A stretch of DNA of 63,750 nucleotides, the filler included, from Aduncisulcus paluster (Eukaryota), in NCBI GenBank assembly GCA_024181965.1. It is 26 parts of 26 records of this genome, joined end to end, with 100 filler letters (N's around TTAATTAATTAA, not from the genome) between each part and the next. Parts side by side here need not be neighbours in the genome. Positions count along the whole stretch, not along the records: positions 13,391 to 27,301 come from BQXS01009787.1; positions 27,402 to 30,307 come from BQXS01009788.1; positions 30,408 to 32,361 come from BQXS01009789.1; 23 more parts are not named here. One strand, given 5' to 3'. This document shows positions 21,812 through 30,748 of this stretch, one piece after another. The position numbers were made by a program, and so were the translations under genes. Each line of letters starts with the position of its first letter. The first letter of the stretch is position 1. The notes under the pieces are model-generated. The model did no database searches. It was not told where the DNA came from and was given only the letters and a program-made list of their open reading frames with translations.

Positions 21812-22059
21812 TGCTGTTCCCCACCCTGCTCGACTTCCTGCGCAGCACCGTGAGCCGCGTCCTCGTGGCCCTCGTGACCGTGGCCGTGATCGCCGCCGGT
21901 CTGCTGCGCTGGCGCGACAAGCACGCGACCGAGCAAGTCCAGAAATCCCTGAAAGAACAAGAGGATCGCGATGAAAAGCGTGCTGGCGAAATTCGCTCTG
22001 CCGCTGCTCGTGCTGGCCGGGTGCAACACCCCGCCGACGGGCGCGGCTACCGCGACTGA
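21811..22059 (+). CDS. Putative i-spanin (Rz-like)
   Basis: N-terminal TM followed by a charged helix. Overlaps the downstream lipoprotein gene. Confidence 0.75.
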   Translation: MLFPTLLDFLRSTVSRVLVALVTVAVIAAGLLRWRDKHATEQVQKSLKEQEDRDEKRAGEIRSAAARAGRVQHPADGRGYRD

Positions 22060-22186
22060 CCGGGCTTGGTGCGAAAGCCTGAACGCGGTCCTGCCCACCC
22101 GGTCGCACAGCGACACGGCGCGGACGCAGACCGAAATCGGGTCGCTCTATGACTTCTACGAGGGGGCCTGCGATGCCCAACTCTAA
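21971..22186 (+). CDS. Putative o-spanin (Rz1-like lipoprotein)
   Basis: GAGGA RBS, signal peptide with lipobox LAGC, two further Cys, start inside the i-spanin in another frame. Confidence 0.8.
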   Translation: MKSVLAKFALPLLVLAGCNTPPTGAATATDRAWCESLNAVLPTRSHSDTARTQTEIGSLYDFYEGACDAQL

Positions 22187-23759
22187 CGCGACCCCCACCC
22201 CGGCGTCGCGCCGTCAAGACCTGATCCGCCGCCTGCTGGCGGCGCGGACCGCGCAGGACGACCTGATCGAATACATCAAACTGTCCATGCCGGACTTCGC
22301 GGACCGCAACCCGAACCCGCGTTCGCGCTACATGGTGGGCCGCCACCACAACCTGCTGGCGCAGACCCTGCAAGAACTCGAACAGGGTCTGATCCGGCGG
22401 GTGATCGTGAACATCGGTCCGCGCCACGGCAAAACCGAAATGGCGTCGAAGCGGTTCATGGCGTGGTATAGCGCCCGGCACCCCGATCAGTCCCTGATCT
22501 TCGGCACCTATAACGAGACGTTTGCGCAGGACGTGGGCCGCGCGGTCCGCGACAACGTGACCTCGCCCGAGCACAAGCTGATCTTCCCCGGCCACACGCT
22601 CAAGGAAGGCAGTCAGGCCGCGCAGCGTCTGGAAACGCAGCTTGGCGGCATCCTCGCTTTCGTGGGGCGCGGCGGCTCGATCACGGGCCGGGGCGGCCAC
22701 GGCATCATCATTGACGACCCGATCAAGGACCGTCAGGAGGCCGATAGTAAGCTGATCCGCGACCAGCTTTGGACGTGGTTCACGCAGGTTATCTCGACCC
22801 GCCTCATGACCTCGGACAGTTGGATCATGCTGATCCAAACCCGCTGGCACGAGGACGATCTTGTCGGGCGGCTCACCGATCCGATGAACGCCTATTACGA
22901 CAAGGACGAGGCCGCGCAATGGCGCGTGATCGACCTTCCCGCCCTGGCATTTGAGAACGAGCCGGACATTCTCGGGCGCAAGCCGGGCGAAGCCCTGTGG
23001 CCTGAGAAGTTCGGGCGCAAGTTCCTGCTGGGCCAACAGCGCCTCGACCCGCGCGGTTTCCAAGCCCTTTACCAAGGCCGCCCGAGCGCGGACGGCGGGA
23101 ACTTCTTCAAGGCTGAATACATCAAAACCTACAAGCCTGACGAACTCCCCAAGAACCTGCGCATCTACGTCGCCTCGGACCATGCCGTCAGCACCCGGCA
23201 GGACCGGGACAAGACCGCGCTGATCCCCGTGGGCGTGGACGAACGGGATAACATCTATGTCCTGCCGGACGTGTTCTGGCGGCACGCCGCCGCCGATACG
23301 ACCGTGGACGCGATGCTCAAGATCATGTCCGAACGCCGCCCCCTGTTCTGGTGGGCGGAGCGCGGGCACATCACGAAGGCAATCGGCCCGTTCCTGCGCA
23401 AGCGCATGGCGGAGGAAGGCATCTATGCCTCCATCGTGGAACTGACCCCGATTGCGGACAAGCAGACCCGTGCGCAGTCGATCCAAGGCCGCATGGCGAT
23501 GGGCAAGGTCTACTTCCCCGAATTCGCCCCGTGGTGGCCCGAAGCCCGCGACCAACTCATCAAATTCCCCAACGGCGCGCACGACGACTTCGTGGACGCC
23601 CTTGCCTACATCGGCCTCGGGCTGGCGCAGCAGGTTTCCGCAGGGAAATTCGCAAGCGCCAAGACCTACGGGCGGAAGGGAACCTTCCGACGCCTCTTTG
23701 CTGAGACGCGGGACGAAGCGCGCCGCGACGCGCAAAAACGTAACTCCGGCGGATGGTGA
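22173..23759 (+). CDS. terL: Terminase large subunit
   Basis: GPRHGKT Walker A, ITGRGG..IIIDDP Walker B, IQTRWHEDDL, ALYQGRP, ASDHA and FPNGAHDDFVDA nuclease motifs. Confidence 0.97.
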   Translation: MPNSNATPTPASRRQDLIRRLLAARTAQDDLIEYIKLSMPDFADRNPNPRSRYMVGRHHNLLAQTLQELEQGLIRRVIVNIGPRHGKTEMASKRFMAWYSARHPDQSLIFGTYNETFAQDVGRAVRDNVTSPEHKLIFPGHTLKEGSQAAQRLETQLGGILAFVGRGGSITGRGGHGIIIDDPIKDRQEADSKLIRDQLWTWFTQVISTRLMTSDSWIMLIQTRWHEDDLVGRLTDPMNAYYDKDEAAQWRVIDLPALAFENEPDILGRKPGEALWPEKFGRKFLLGQQRLDPRGFQALYQGRPSADGGNFFKAEYIKTYKPDELPKNLRIYVASDHAVSTRQDRDKTALIPVGVDERDNIYVLPDVFWRHAAADTTVDAMLKIMSERRPLFWWAERGHITKAIGPFLRKRMAEEGIYASIVELTPIADKQTRAQSIQGRMAMGKVYFPEFAPWWPEARDQLIKFPNGAHDDFVDALAYIGLGLAQQVSAGKFASAKTYGRKGTFRRLFAETRDEARRDAQKRNSGGW

Positions 23760-25900
23760 ACCCGATGGAAGATCAAACCCAAGAACTGAGCAACATCGTG
23801 GACGCCGCGCCGCAGGCCGCGCAGACCGATACCAAGATTATGTCCCGCGACGCCCCGGACCCGGTGGAAGAACGGGCGAAGCTGGTCAAATGGTGGACGG
23901 ACCAAGTGATCGCGGCCCGGTCCTACTGGACCGACAAGGCGTTCAAGCGGATGCGCAACGACATGGCGTTCGCCGCCGGTCGCCAGTGGCCCGCCCACGC
24001 CGTCGATCAGTTCGTGGACGAAGCCGAAGAACGCTACGTCGCGAACATCACGCTCCGCCACATTCAGGCCCGCACGGCGGCGATCTACGGCAAGAACCCG
24101 AAGGTTGTCGCGCGCCGGAAGAAGCGCCTGCTCTCGACCGTCTGGGACGGCAACGCCGCGACGCTGCAAGGCGCGATGGCGATGCTGCAAGCGAACCCGA
24201 TGGACGTTCAGGCGCAGATGGTGCTGCGAGACGCGGCCATGACCATGCAGGAAGACGCGAAGCTGTCCAAGATCGGGCAGACCCTCGAACTCCTGTTTGA
24301 GCACGAGATTGCCGAACAGCCTGTGCCCTTCAAGGTGCAGATGAAGTCCACCGTCCGGCGCGGCCTGACGACTGCCGTGGGCTACGTCAAGCTGGGCTAT
24401 CAGCGGGTGATGCAGCGCCGCCCGGACGTGGACGGCCAGATGCACGACATTGGGGCGCGGCTCGCCACGCTCGAACGTCTGAGCGCGGACCTCGCGGACG
24501 GGGAAATCGACCAGCACGCGAAGGAAGCCGAACAGCTTCGGCAAATCTTGGAATCGCTTTCGCAGGAGCCGGAAGTCGTGGTGCGCGAGGGTCTGACCTT
24601 CCATTACCCCGACAGCACGTCGATCATCCCCGACACGAACTGCCGTCAGCTTCGCGGTTTCGTCGGCTGTTCGTTCGTGGCCGAGGAATACTTTCTGACG
24701 TCGGATCGGATCAAGGAAATCTACAAGGTGGACGTCAAGTCCGGCGGCGCAAGCAGCTACCTTGAGCGGTCCGACGGCGAGTTTGAGCGAGGCAACGCGA
24801 CCGACAACGCGACCAAGCCCGAGCACTTCTGCGTCTGGGAAGTCTACAACAAGGACGACGGCCTCGTTTACACGATCTGCGACGGCTACAAGGACTTCCT
24901 GCTCGATCCGGCGCAGCCGGACGTGTGGCTGAAACGGTTCTGGCCGTGGTTCGCTTTCGTGGTCAACGAAGTCTACGACGACAAGTCCGTCTTCCCGCCC
25001 TCGGACGTGACCCTGATGCGCGACATGCAGATGGAACTGAACCGCGACCGGCAGGGTCTGCGGGAGCACCGGCGCGCGAACCGTCCGAAGACCTACACCC
25101 GCGCGGGCGCGCTCGAAAAGTCCGACAAGACCAAGATCGAGACGTGCCAAGCGAACGAAGTGATCGAGTTGCAGGGCCTGCAACCGGGCGAAGACATTCG
25201 GACCCTGCTGCAAACGCACGCGGGCGTGAACATCGACCCGGCGCTTTACGATCCCGGCCCGGCCTTCGAAGACTACCTGCGCGTCCTCGGGCAGCATGAG
25301 GCGAGCCTTGGCGGCGCGTCCTCGGGCGCGACCGCAACGGAAGTGTCCGTGGCCGAAGGCGCACGCGCCACCACGGCGGCTGCCGTGGTGGACGACCTTG
25401 ACGAATTCCTGACGGAACTCGCGGGCGCGGCGGGCCAAATCCTCTTTGACGAAGTGCCGGTGGAGCGCGTCAAGGAAATCGTGGGGCCGGGCGCGGTATG
25501 GCCGGACCTGACCCGCGATCAGGTCGCGGACCAGATTTATCTGGACGTCGAAGCCGCCAGCACGGGCCGCCCGAACAAGGCGCAGGAAATCCAGAACGCG
25601 CAGCAGGTCTTCCCGCTCCTGATGCAAATCCCCGGCGTCAGCCCGGAATGGATGGCCCGCGAACTCCTGCGGCGTCTGGACGACAAGGTGGACCTCACGG
25701 ACGCCTTCGCCGCCAGCGCGCCTTCGGTGATGATGATGAACCGCGCGCAGCAGATGGCCCCGCCGGAAGCCGCCGGACAGGGCAACGCGCCGACCGATCA
25801 GGGCGCGCAGGGCGCGAACAACGCCCCGGACACCGCGCCGCCGCAGGTCAACGCGGCCCCGCGTCCGGGCGCGGGCCAAGCGCAAATGCCCCCGCTTTGA
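23753..25900 (+). CDS. Portal protein
   Basis: 715 aa directly after TerL. DMAFAAGRQW, MRDMQ.ELNR and TATE motifs are typical of P22-like/podoviral portals. Confidence 0.88.
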   Translation: MVNPMEDQTQELSNIVDAAPQAAQTDTKIMSRDAPDPVEERAKLVKWWTDQVIAARSYWTDKAFKRMRNDMAFAAGRQWPAHAVDQFVDEAEERYVANITLRHIQARTAAIYGKNPKVVARRKKRLLSTVWDGNAATLQGAMAMLQANPMDVQAQMVLRDAAMTMQEDAKLSKIGQTLELLFEHEIAEQPVPFKVQMKSTVRRGLTTAVGYVKLGYQRVMQRRPDVDGQMHDIGARLATLERLSADLADGEIDQHAKEAEQLRQILESLSQEPEVVVREGLTFHYPDSTSIIPDTNCRQLRGFVGCSFVAEEYFLTSDRIKEIYKVDVKSGGASSYLERSDGEFERGNATDNATKPEHFCVWEVYNKDDGLVYTICDGYKDFLLDPAQPDVWLKRFWPWFAFVVNEVYDDKSVFPPSDVTLMRDMQMELNRDRQGLREHRRANRPKTYTRAGALEKSDKTKIETCQANEVIELQGLQPGEDIRTLLQTHAGVNIDPALYDPGPAFEDYLRVLGQHEASLGGASSGATATEVSVAEGARATTAAAVVDDLDEFLTELAGAAGQILFDEVPVERVKEIVGPGAVWPDLTRDQVADQIYLDVEAASTGRPNKAQEIQNAQQVFPLLMQIPGVSPEWMARELLRRLDDKVDLTDAFAASAPSVMMMNRAQQMAPPEAAGQGNAPTDQGAQGANNAPDTAPPQVNAAPRPGAGQAQMPPL

Positions 25901-25912
25901 CGACCTAGACAA
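25896..25912 (+). promoter_or_regulatory. TTTGAC-N4-TAGACAA motif, copy 2
   Basis: Matches 15781-15797. Followed by the hairpin CCGTCCCGTC-TTTT-GACGGGGCGG (25916-25939). Confidence 0.5.
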
Positions 25913-26039
25913 CAGCCGTCCCGTCTTTTGACGGGGCGGTCAGAAACCCCCGCATTTCCTGCGTTTTCCCCGTCCGTTTTGTTGAACGACACGACAGACA
26001 CTCGCAAAATCGGGACGTATCAGAAGGGACAGGAGCAAC

Positions 26040-27158
26040 ATGCCTTTCGAGAACGAACAAGGGACTGAGGCCACTTCGCAATCTCCCGGCGAAATGTCCG
26101 CCGCGCTGGAAACCCCCGCGCCCGAGGCACCGGCCACTGAAACGGACAGCACCCCGCCTTCGTCCAGCGGATCGGAAGCCCCGGCTGCCGGTGATGAAGC
26201 CCCGAAAGCATCTTCGCTTGAAGACGTGATCGGCGCTGCGCTCGACCAGAAAGACCCCGAACCCACGGACACCCCTGCGGCAAAGACCGAGGACACCGAC
26301 GGAGAGGGCGAAGATGGCGCGAGCGAAAAAACCGACGACCCCGAGAACCCTTCCGGTGAAGCCGCCGAAGACGGCGCGACCGGCGAAGACGCGGACCCTG
26401 ACCAAGCTGAACTCGACGCCATGCGTCCGAAACAGCGCAAGCGGGTCCAGCAACTCCTTTCGCAGCGCAACGAAGCGCGACGGGAAGTGGATAGCCTCAA
26501 AGGCGACGCCACGAATTACCAGCAAATCCGCACCTTCATGGAGACGAATAGTCTCCAAGATCAGGAAGTTGCGGAACTGTTTCAGCTAGGGGCCGACCTC
26601 AAGTCGGGCAACCCCGAGCGCCTCGGAAAGTTTCTTGAGCGCGTGATGCCCATCGTTCAACAGGCGATGGAACTGACCGGCCAGAAACTCCCGGCGGACC
26701 TGCAAGCGCAGGTCGAAGCTGGGGACATGACCGAGGACGCGGCCCGGACCATGAGCCGGACGCGGACGCAGGCGGCCTACGCGGACGCGCAAGCCCAACG
26801 GGCGACGGCGCAGATGCAGCAGACGCAGACGCAGGTATCCCAAGCGCAGATCACCAGCGCCATCGAAGGGTGGGAGCAGCAAATTCGTCAGTCCGATCCC
26901 GACTTCGACATGAAGGCCCAAGCGATGCAGCGCGTCGCGCAAGCAATGGTCGCAGAACGCGGACTTCCCCAAACGCCCGCTCAAGCCGTGGACTACGCGA
27001 AAGCAGCCCACGCCGAAGTGAGCAAATGGATGAAGTCGAGCCGCCCCGCGCCCAAAGCCTCGCGCCCCGCGCCGACTACGCAGACGGCCCCGCGAACGGG
27101 TTTGACCCCGGCCCCGACCTCGCTCGAAGCGATCATCGGTCAGGCGCTCGACGGCTGA
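26040..27158 (+). CDS. Putative capsid scaffolding protein
   Basis: AGGAG RBS, acidic disordered N-terminus plus coiled coil, located between portal and capsid. Confidence 0.75.
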   Translation: MPFENEQGTEATSQSPGEMSAALETPAPEAPATETDSTPPSSSGSEAPAAGDEAPKASSLEDVIGAALDQKDPEPTDTPAAKTEDTDGEGEDGASEKTDDPENPSGEAAEDGATGEDADPDQAELDAMRPKQRKRVQQLLSQRNEARREVDSLKGDATNYQQIRTFMETNSLQDQEVAELFQLGADLKSGNPERLGKFLERVMPIVQQAMELTGQKLPADLQAQVEAGDMTEDAARTMSRTRTQAAYADAQAQRATAQMQQTQTQVSQAQITSAIEGWEQQIRQSDPDFDMKAQAMQRVAQAMVAERGLPQTPAQAVDYAKAAHAEVSKWMKSSRPAPKASRPAPTTQTAPRTGLTPAPTSLEAIIGQALDG

Positions 27159-27187
27159 ACCCGTAGGTTTGACGAAAGGTCAAAACT

Positions 27188-27301
27188 ATGGCTGTTACTC
27201 AGGCACAGCTTGATTTCATCGCCAACTCGGCGCTTGATTTCTATCTGAACAAGGGTGAGGCGTTCCAGCAGCAACTGCAAAAGCGCCCGCTCGTTTCCGT
27301 G
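27188..27301 (+). CDS. Probable major capsid protein, N-terminus only
   Basis: MAVTQAQLDFIANSALDFY...KRPL immediately after the scaffold gene, with GAAAGG RBS. Confidence 0.65.
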
Positions 27302-27563
27302 NNNNNNNNNNNNNNNNNNNNNNNNNNNNNNNNNNNNNNNNNNNNTTAATTAATTAANNNNNNNNNNNNNNNNNNNNNNNNNNNNNNNNNNNNNNNNNNN
27401 NTGCTGTCCCGGCTCATCACCGGCGCCCTGGTCAAGCGCGGTTCCTGATCGCCTGCCCGCACTGCGGGCCCCAAACCGGCGATGGCGCGGACCCTGGGCC
27501 GCTCTCACATGTAAGCTCACACGCCGAGAGGTCCTACTAGCTCTGCTGGACGGACCGGCCTCC

Positions 27564-27637
27564 GCCGATGTAGTTCAATGGCAGAACATCAGCTTCCCAA
27601 GCTGAATACGCGGGTTCGATTCCCGTCATCGGCTCCA
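27564..27637 (+). tRNA. tRNA-Gly(CCC), CCA encoded
   Basis: GCCGATG/CATCGGC acceptor stem, TCAGC-TTCCCAA-GCTGA anticodon arm, GCGGGTTCGATTCCCGT T-arm. Confidence 0.97.
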
Positions 27638-27682
27638 CGATAAACTGCACCAACGCCGTTCGATCTGTTCGATTCCGTGCCT

Positions 27683-27780
27683 TCAGTGCCACGACATTGT
27701 CACAACCCGATTGGAAGTGGCACCAGCGGCTTTCAAGGCGTCATCTTGCAAGTCGCATACAGCCCTCGGTGTGGCGAGTT
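27683..27780 (-). pseudogene. Degenerate C-terminal remnant of a tyrosine integrase
   Basis: The minus strand reads L-Y-A-[frameshift]-L-Q-D-D-A-L-K-A-A-G-A-T..R-V-V-T, like mycobacterial integrase ends (YAHSQDDALKAA). It terminates ~45 bp from the tRNA 3' end. Confidence 0.5.
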
Positions 27781-27902
27781 CGGCGAACATGGCTGCCTCG
27801 GCGCCGACTGCCCGCGGCAGCCGGTACGCATAGTCATGCATCGCGACGAACAACGTTGAGGCTTCGGCCAATCCGTCTTAGTTAGGCGTTAATGTCGGCC
27901 GT

Positions 27903-28643
27903 GTGAGCGCGTTTGAGCCAGTCAAGTTCACCATGTGGACCGACGACGGCGAATCTGAAACGGTCGACCTAAGTGGGCCGGGGGGCACAATTCGAGTGGC
28001 CGTCGGAGAACAGGGCCGCCAGTCAGGGATCTGGCGAATATGGGCGCCTCCGAATAAGTCCGACGTGTACATCGGCGTTCGTGCGATCCTCGGCAACCAA
28101 AAGTGGAGCTTGCACGAATCGGGGGATTGGCGGCACCAATTCGTAACCGCCGAAGCCGCCGCGGAGTTCGGGAAGTCGGATGGCCGAATAATCGACCGAT
28201 GGCAGCAGCCTGCGGAGATGGGCGACTCGGGTTGGACGAAGAGCTTCTCTATACGAGTTCGCCACAAAGACCTCGTTGAGGTCAAAAGCAGCCCGAAGGC
28301 ACCCAGTGATACGTTCTGGGTTCCGGCACCCCCGGCAGGGCGATTTATCGGTCTGCACATTGCTATAGCGAGGCCAAGTGAAGTTGCGGTTCCGCTTAAC
28401 GGACTGATCCCAGTCGGTGGGTTCACCCTTATCGACGGGCGCGCCGTCATTCTTGGGGTGACGGTCGAACTGATCACAGACGAGCACAACCAGACGATTG
28501 CGGACGCCCTCGCGAAAGCCACCGAGTTGGCGAAGCAGGGCGGCGTCAACCTGTCGACGGTCGAGGCCGCGCGCGCCGCTCTGTCGTGCGTATCGGATGA
28601 GGGGGATCGCTCGGTATGGGACGTTGCCGTCACCGGTGGGTGA
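27903..28643 (+). CDS. Hypothetical protein (246 aa), island cargo
   Basis: Protein-like composition (W-rich, beta-type). Family not recognised. Confidence 0.7.
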   Translation: MSAFEPVKFTMWTDDGESETVDLSGPGGTIRVAVGEQGRQSGIWRIWAPPNKSDVYIGVRAILGNQKWSLHESGDWRHQFVTAEAAAEFGKSDGRIIDRWQQPAEMGDSGWTKSFSIRVRHKDLVEVKSSPKAPSDTFWVPAPPAGRFIGLHIAIARPSEVAVPLNGLIPVGGFTLIDGRAVILGVTVELITDEHNQTIADALAKATELAKQGGVNLSTVEAARAALSCVSDEGDRSVWDVAVTGG

Positions 28644-29082
28644 CGCGCGACGTTGCTCGCCGACAGATTTGACACAAGGTTGAGCCGGCCGTCGAAAGCC
28701 AGGCTGTATAGCACTTCTCCGCAGGGCTGAGCTAGTCGATTCCGAGCGTGGGGATGAACGTCTCCACAGTGCGACGCAGCCACCGCCTTGTGCGCGGTTC
28801 TCGACTCAAACCAGCTGCTGGCTGTCCGGGGCTTTTGTAATTGGGTGTAGCCCGACACGCACGCCACTCCGGCGCGCACCACCGCAACTTCGTCAGGGTG
28901 CGGTTGTAGCGTTTGATCCGTGATGTGACGGACCTCGATCGGGGGTTCGGCCCGCCAGTCGGGGTCCGCATTGAAATGCTTTTGGCGGTGTGATTCAAGC
29001 CGTAACACCTGGCACACCGGTTCAGCAGAAACGGCCGTTCGGCGGGCCGACAGTTTCGACCATAGTCAGGACGGATGAAGCC

Positions 29083-30307
29083 GTGGCGACCGACGATGAA
29101 CCGCTACGAATAGATGAGACCCACAAGCGGTTGCTCGACTGGACGTATGGGCAGCCGCCTTCGGAACGGCTCGCTGCACAGATCCTCNNNNNNNNNNNNN
29201 NNNNNNNTCCCACCCCCTCGGCGGTCCTGACGGCGGCCGCGACGGTGAGTGCACACGTGATAGCGAAAGCGGCGTATGGGCGGTGTACTTTCCCCGGGAT
29301 CAGCAGACGCTGAAGATGATCGAAGACAAGCTCAAGGCCGACATCGATGCCGCTCGAAAGCACAATCCGGAGTTCCTCGCCTTCGTCACAAATCAGGAAC
29401 TTCGGCAGTCCGAGCGCACACAGCTACGAGCGCTCGGCGGTGACATCAGGATCGACCTGTTCCATTTGGAGCGGGTGGCGACCATCCTGGACAGGCCCCG
29501 CATGGCCCCCGTCCGTGAGCAGTTCTTGCGCATCCGTGCGACTCAGCAGGCGCCCAGCCCGGCAGCGGCCGACCAACCGCCGCTCAGCATCACTGCAACG
29601 ATTGTCGGNNNNNNNNNNNNNNNNNNNNNNNNNNNNNNNNNNNNNNNNNNNNNNNNNNNNNNNNNNNNNNNNNNNNNNNNNNNNNNNNNNNNNCACTGCA
29701 ACGATTGTCGGCAACGCCCGCATGTTTACCGACGACGCCGAAGTCCTCGATCGCCTTGTCCGAGGTCAAGAGATGCGGATACGCGAGAAGTCCAATGAGG
29801 GGCACGCGCGCGTGCGTGCCGAGCGCGAGGCAAAGGAGCAGGCCGAACAGGAGGCGCGGGCTCGACGGGCTCAAGAGGAAGCAAAGAAGGCGCAGCAGCA
29901 GGCGCTGGACGCCGTGCGCCCCAAGCGGCCTTGGGACGTCGTCATAGATCGGCCTCCGCTGAGCGAAGTAATCAATCAGAGCGGACTGCTCGATTCGATT
30001 GCGAGGCAGTACAGCCGCCCGTCGGTTCACTACCTCCCACGCCTTGCGGGCGTTCCCGGCTCGGGGGAGCCGCCGAAGCCACCGGAACCTCTGACCGACG
30101 AGCAGATCGAGGCGAAGGTGGCGACATACCAGGCCGAATTGGAATCGCGTTGGCCATCTTGTCGGGATTACCTCGCGGGTATCGCGTGGCCGGCCCTGCA
30201 TTGTCGAATCAAGAACGAAGCCAAGAGCTTTCTGACCGACGTCGAGGTCGTTCTGACCTTCCACGGGGCGCGGGGCATCGACTTCGAGAACCTCGACGAT
30301 TTCGAAG
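29083..30307 (+). CDS. Restriction-endonuclease-like (PD-(D/E)xK, Mrr-like) N-terminal domain fused to an unknown C-terminal region; 3' partial, split by two N gaps
   Basis: Stitched reading DETHKRLLDW...SERLAAQIL-[gap]-HPLGGPDGGRDG...AVYFP...FVTNQEL...LERVATILD, then coiled coil and Pro-rich linker. The flanks of the second gap overlap (cactgcaacgattgtcgg). Confidence 0.7.
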
Positions 30308-30439
30308 NNNNNNNNNNNNNNNNNNNNNNNNNNNNNNNNNNNNNNNNNNNNTTAATTAATTAANNNNNNNNNNNNNNNNNNNNNNNNNNNNNNNNNNNNN
30401 NNNNNNNGCATAAGATAACACTTTACTTGTAAAATTTTA

Positions 30440-30652
30440 TTATTTAGATTTTTCTAAAGCTGCAATTAGAGCATCAACATTTTCTTTTGGAATATGTACT
30501 TTCCATTCAGGTTCTTTACCTGTTAATGAAATACCAATACTTGTAACATCACCACTTCCTGCACCATAAGGTTCTGTTATATGAGAAACACTTATAACAC
30601 CTTTTTTTGTATTTGCTAATGCGATTTTTTCTATTTCTGTTGTAGTTGACAT
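30440..30652 (-). CDS. Small hypothetical protein (70 aa)
   Basis: AAGGA RBS, complete ORF. Confidence 0.75.
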   Translation of the reverse strand: MSTTTEIEKIALANTKKGVISVSHITEPYGAGSGDVTSIGISLTGKEPEWKVHIPKENVDALIAALEKSK

Positions 30653-30748
30653 TTTGTTTCCTTTAATATTTATTTTAATGTATTAATGATACTCTTAATA
30701 GTATTAAATTCAATTAAAAAATAAGAAGTAAATTTTTCAAAAGAGATA

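Larger units (their letters stand above)
13391..27301 (+). mobile_element. Tailed phage (Caudoviricetes) genome segment, GC-rich; an alphaproteobacterial host is a guess
   Basis: Co-oriented tail fibre, lysis cassette, TerL, portal, scaffold and capsid genes, with no host genes. Confidence 0.95.

Noticed and set aside
15880-25912. Long antisense ORFs (1388, 562 and 748 aa) as overlapping genes
   Set aside because: They are shadow frames of GC-rich, strongly codon-biased genes, with R/A/G-rich low-information translations.
10796-27637. Phage segment as a prophage integrated between the mycobacterial NRPS and tRNA-Gly
   Set aside because: These are separate contigs split by linkers, and the spanins imply a Gram-negative host.
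27878-29017. 379-aa minus-strand ORF
   Set aside because: Mostly antisense to the more protein-like 27903-28643 ORF, with no motif. The 28650-29017 part could be a remnant but cannot be supported.
29590-29711. Direct repeats flanking internal N gaps (also ~56327/56471 and ~58420/58544) as target-site duplications
   Set aside because: They are overlapping scaffold ends. Merging them restores continuous ORFs.
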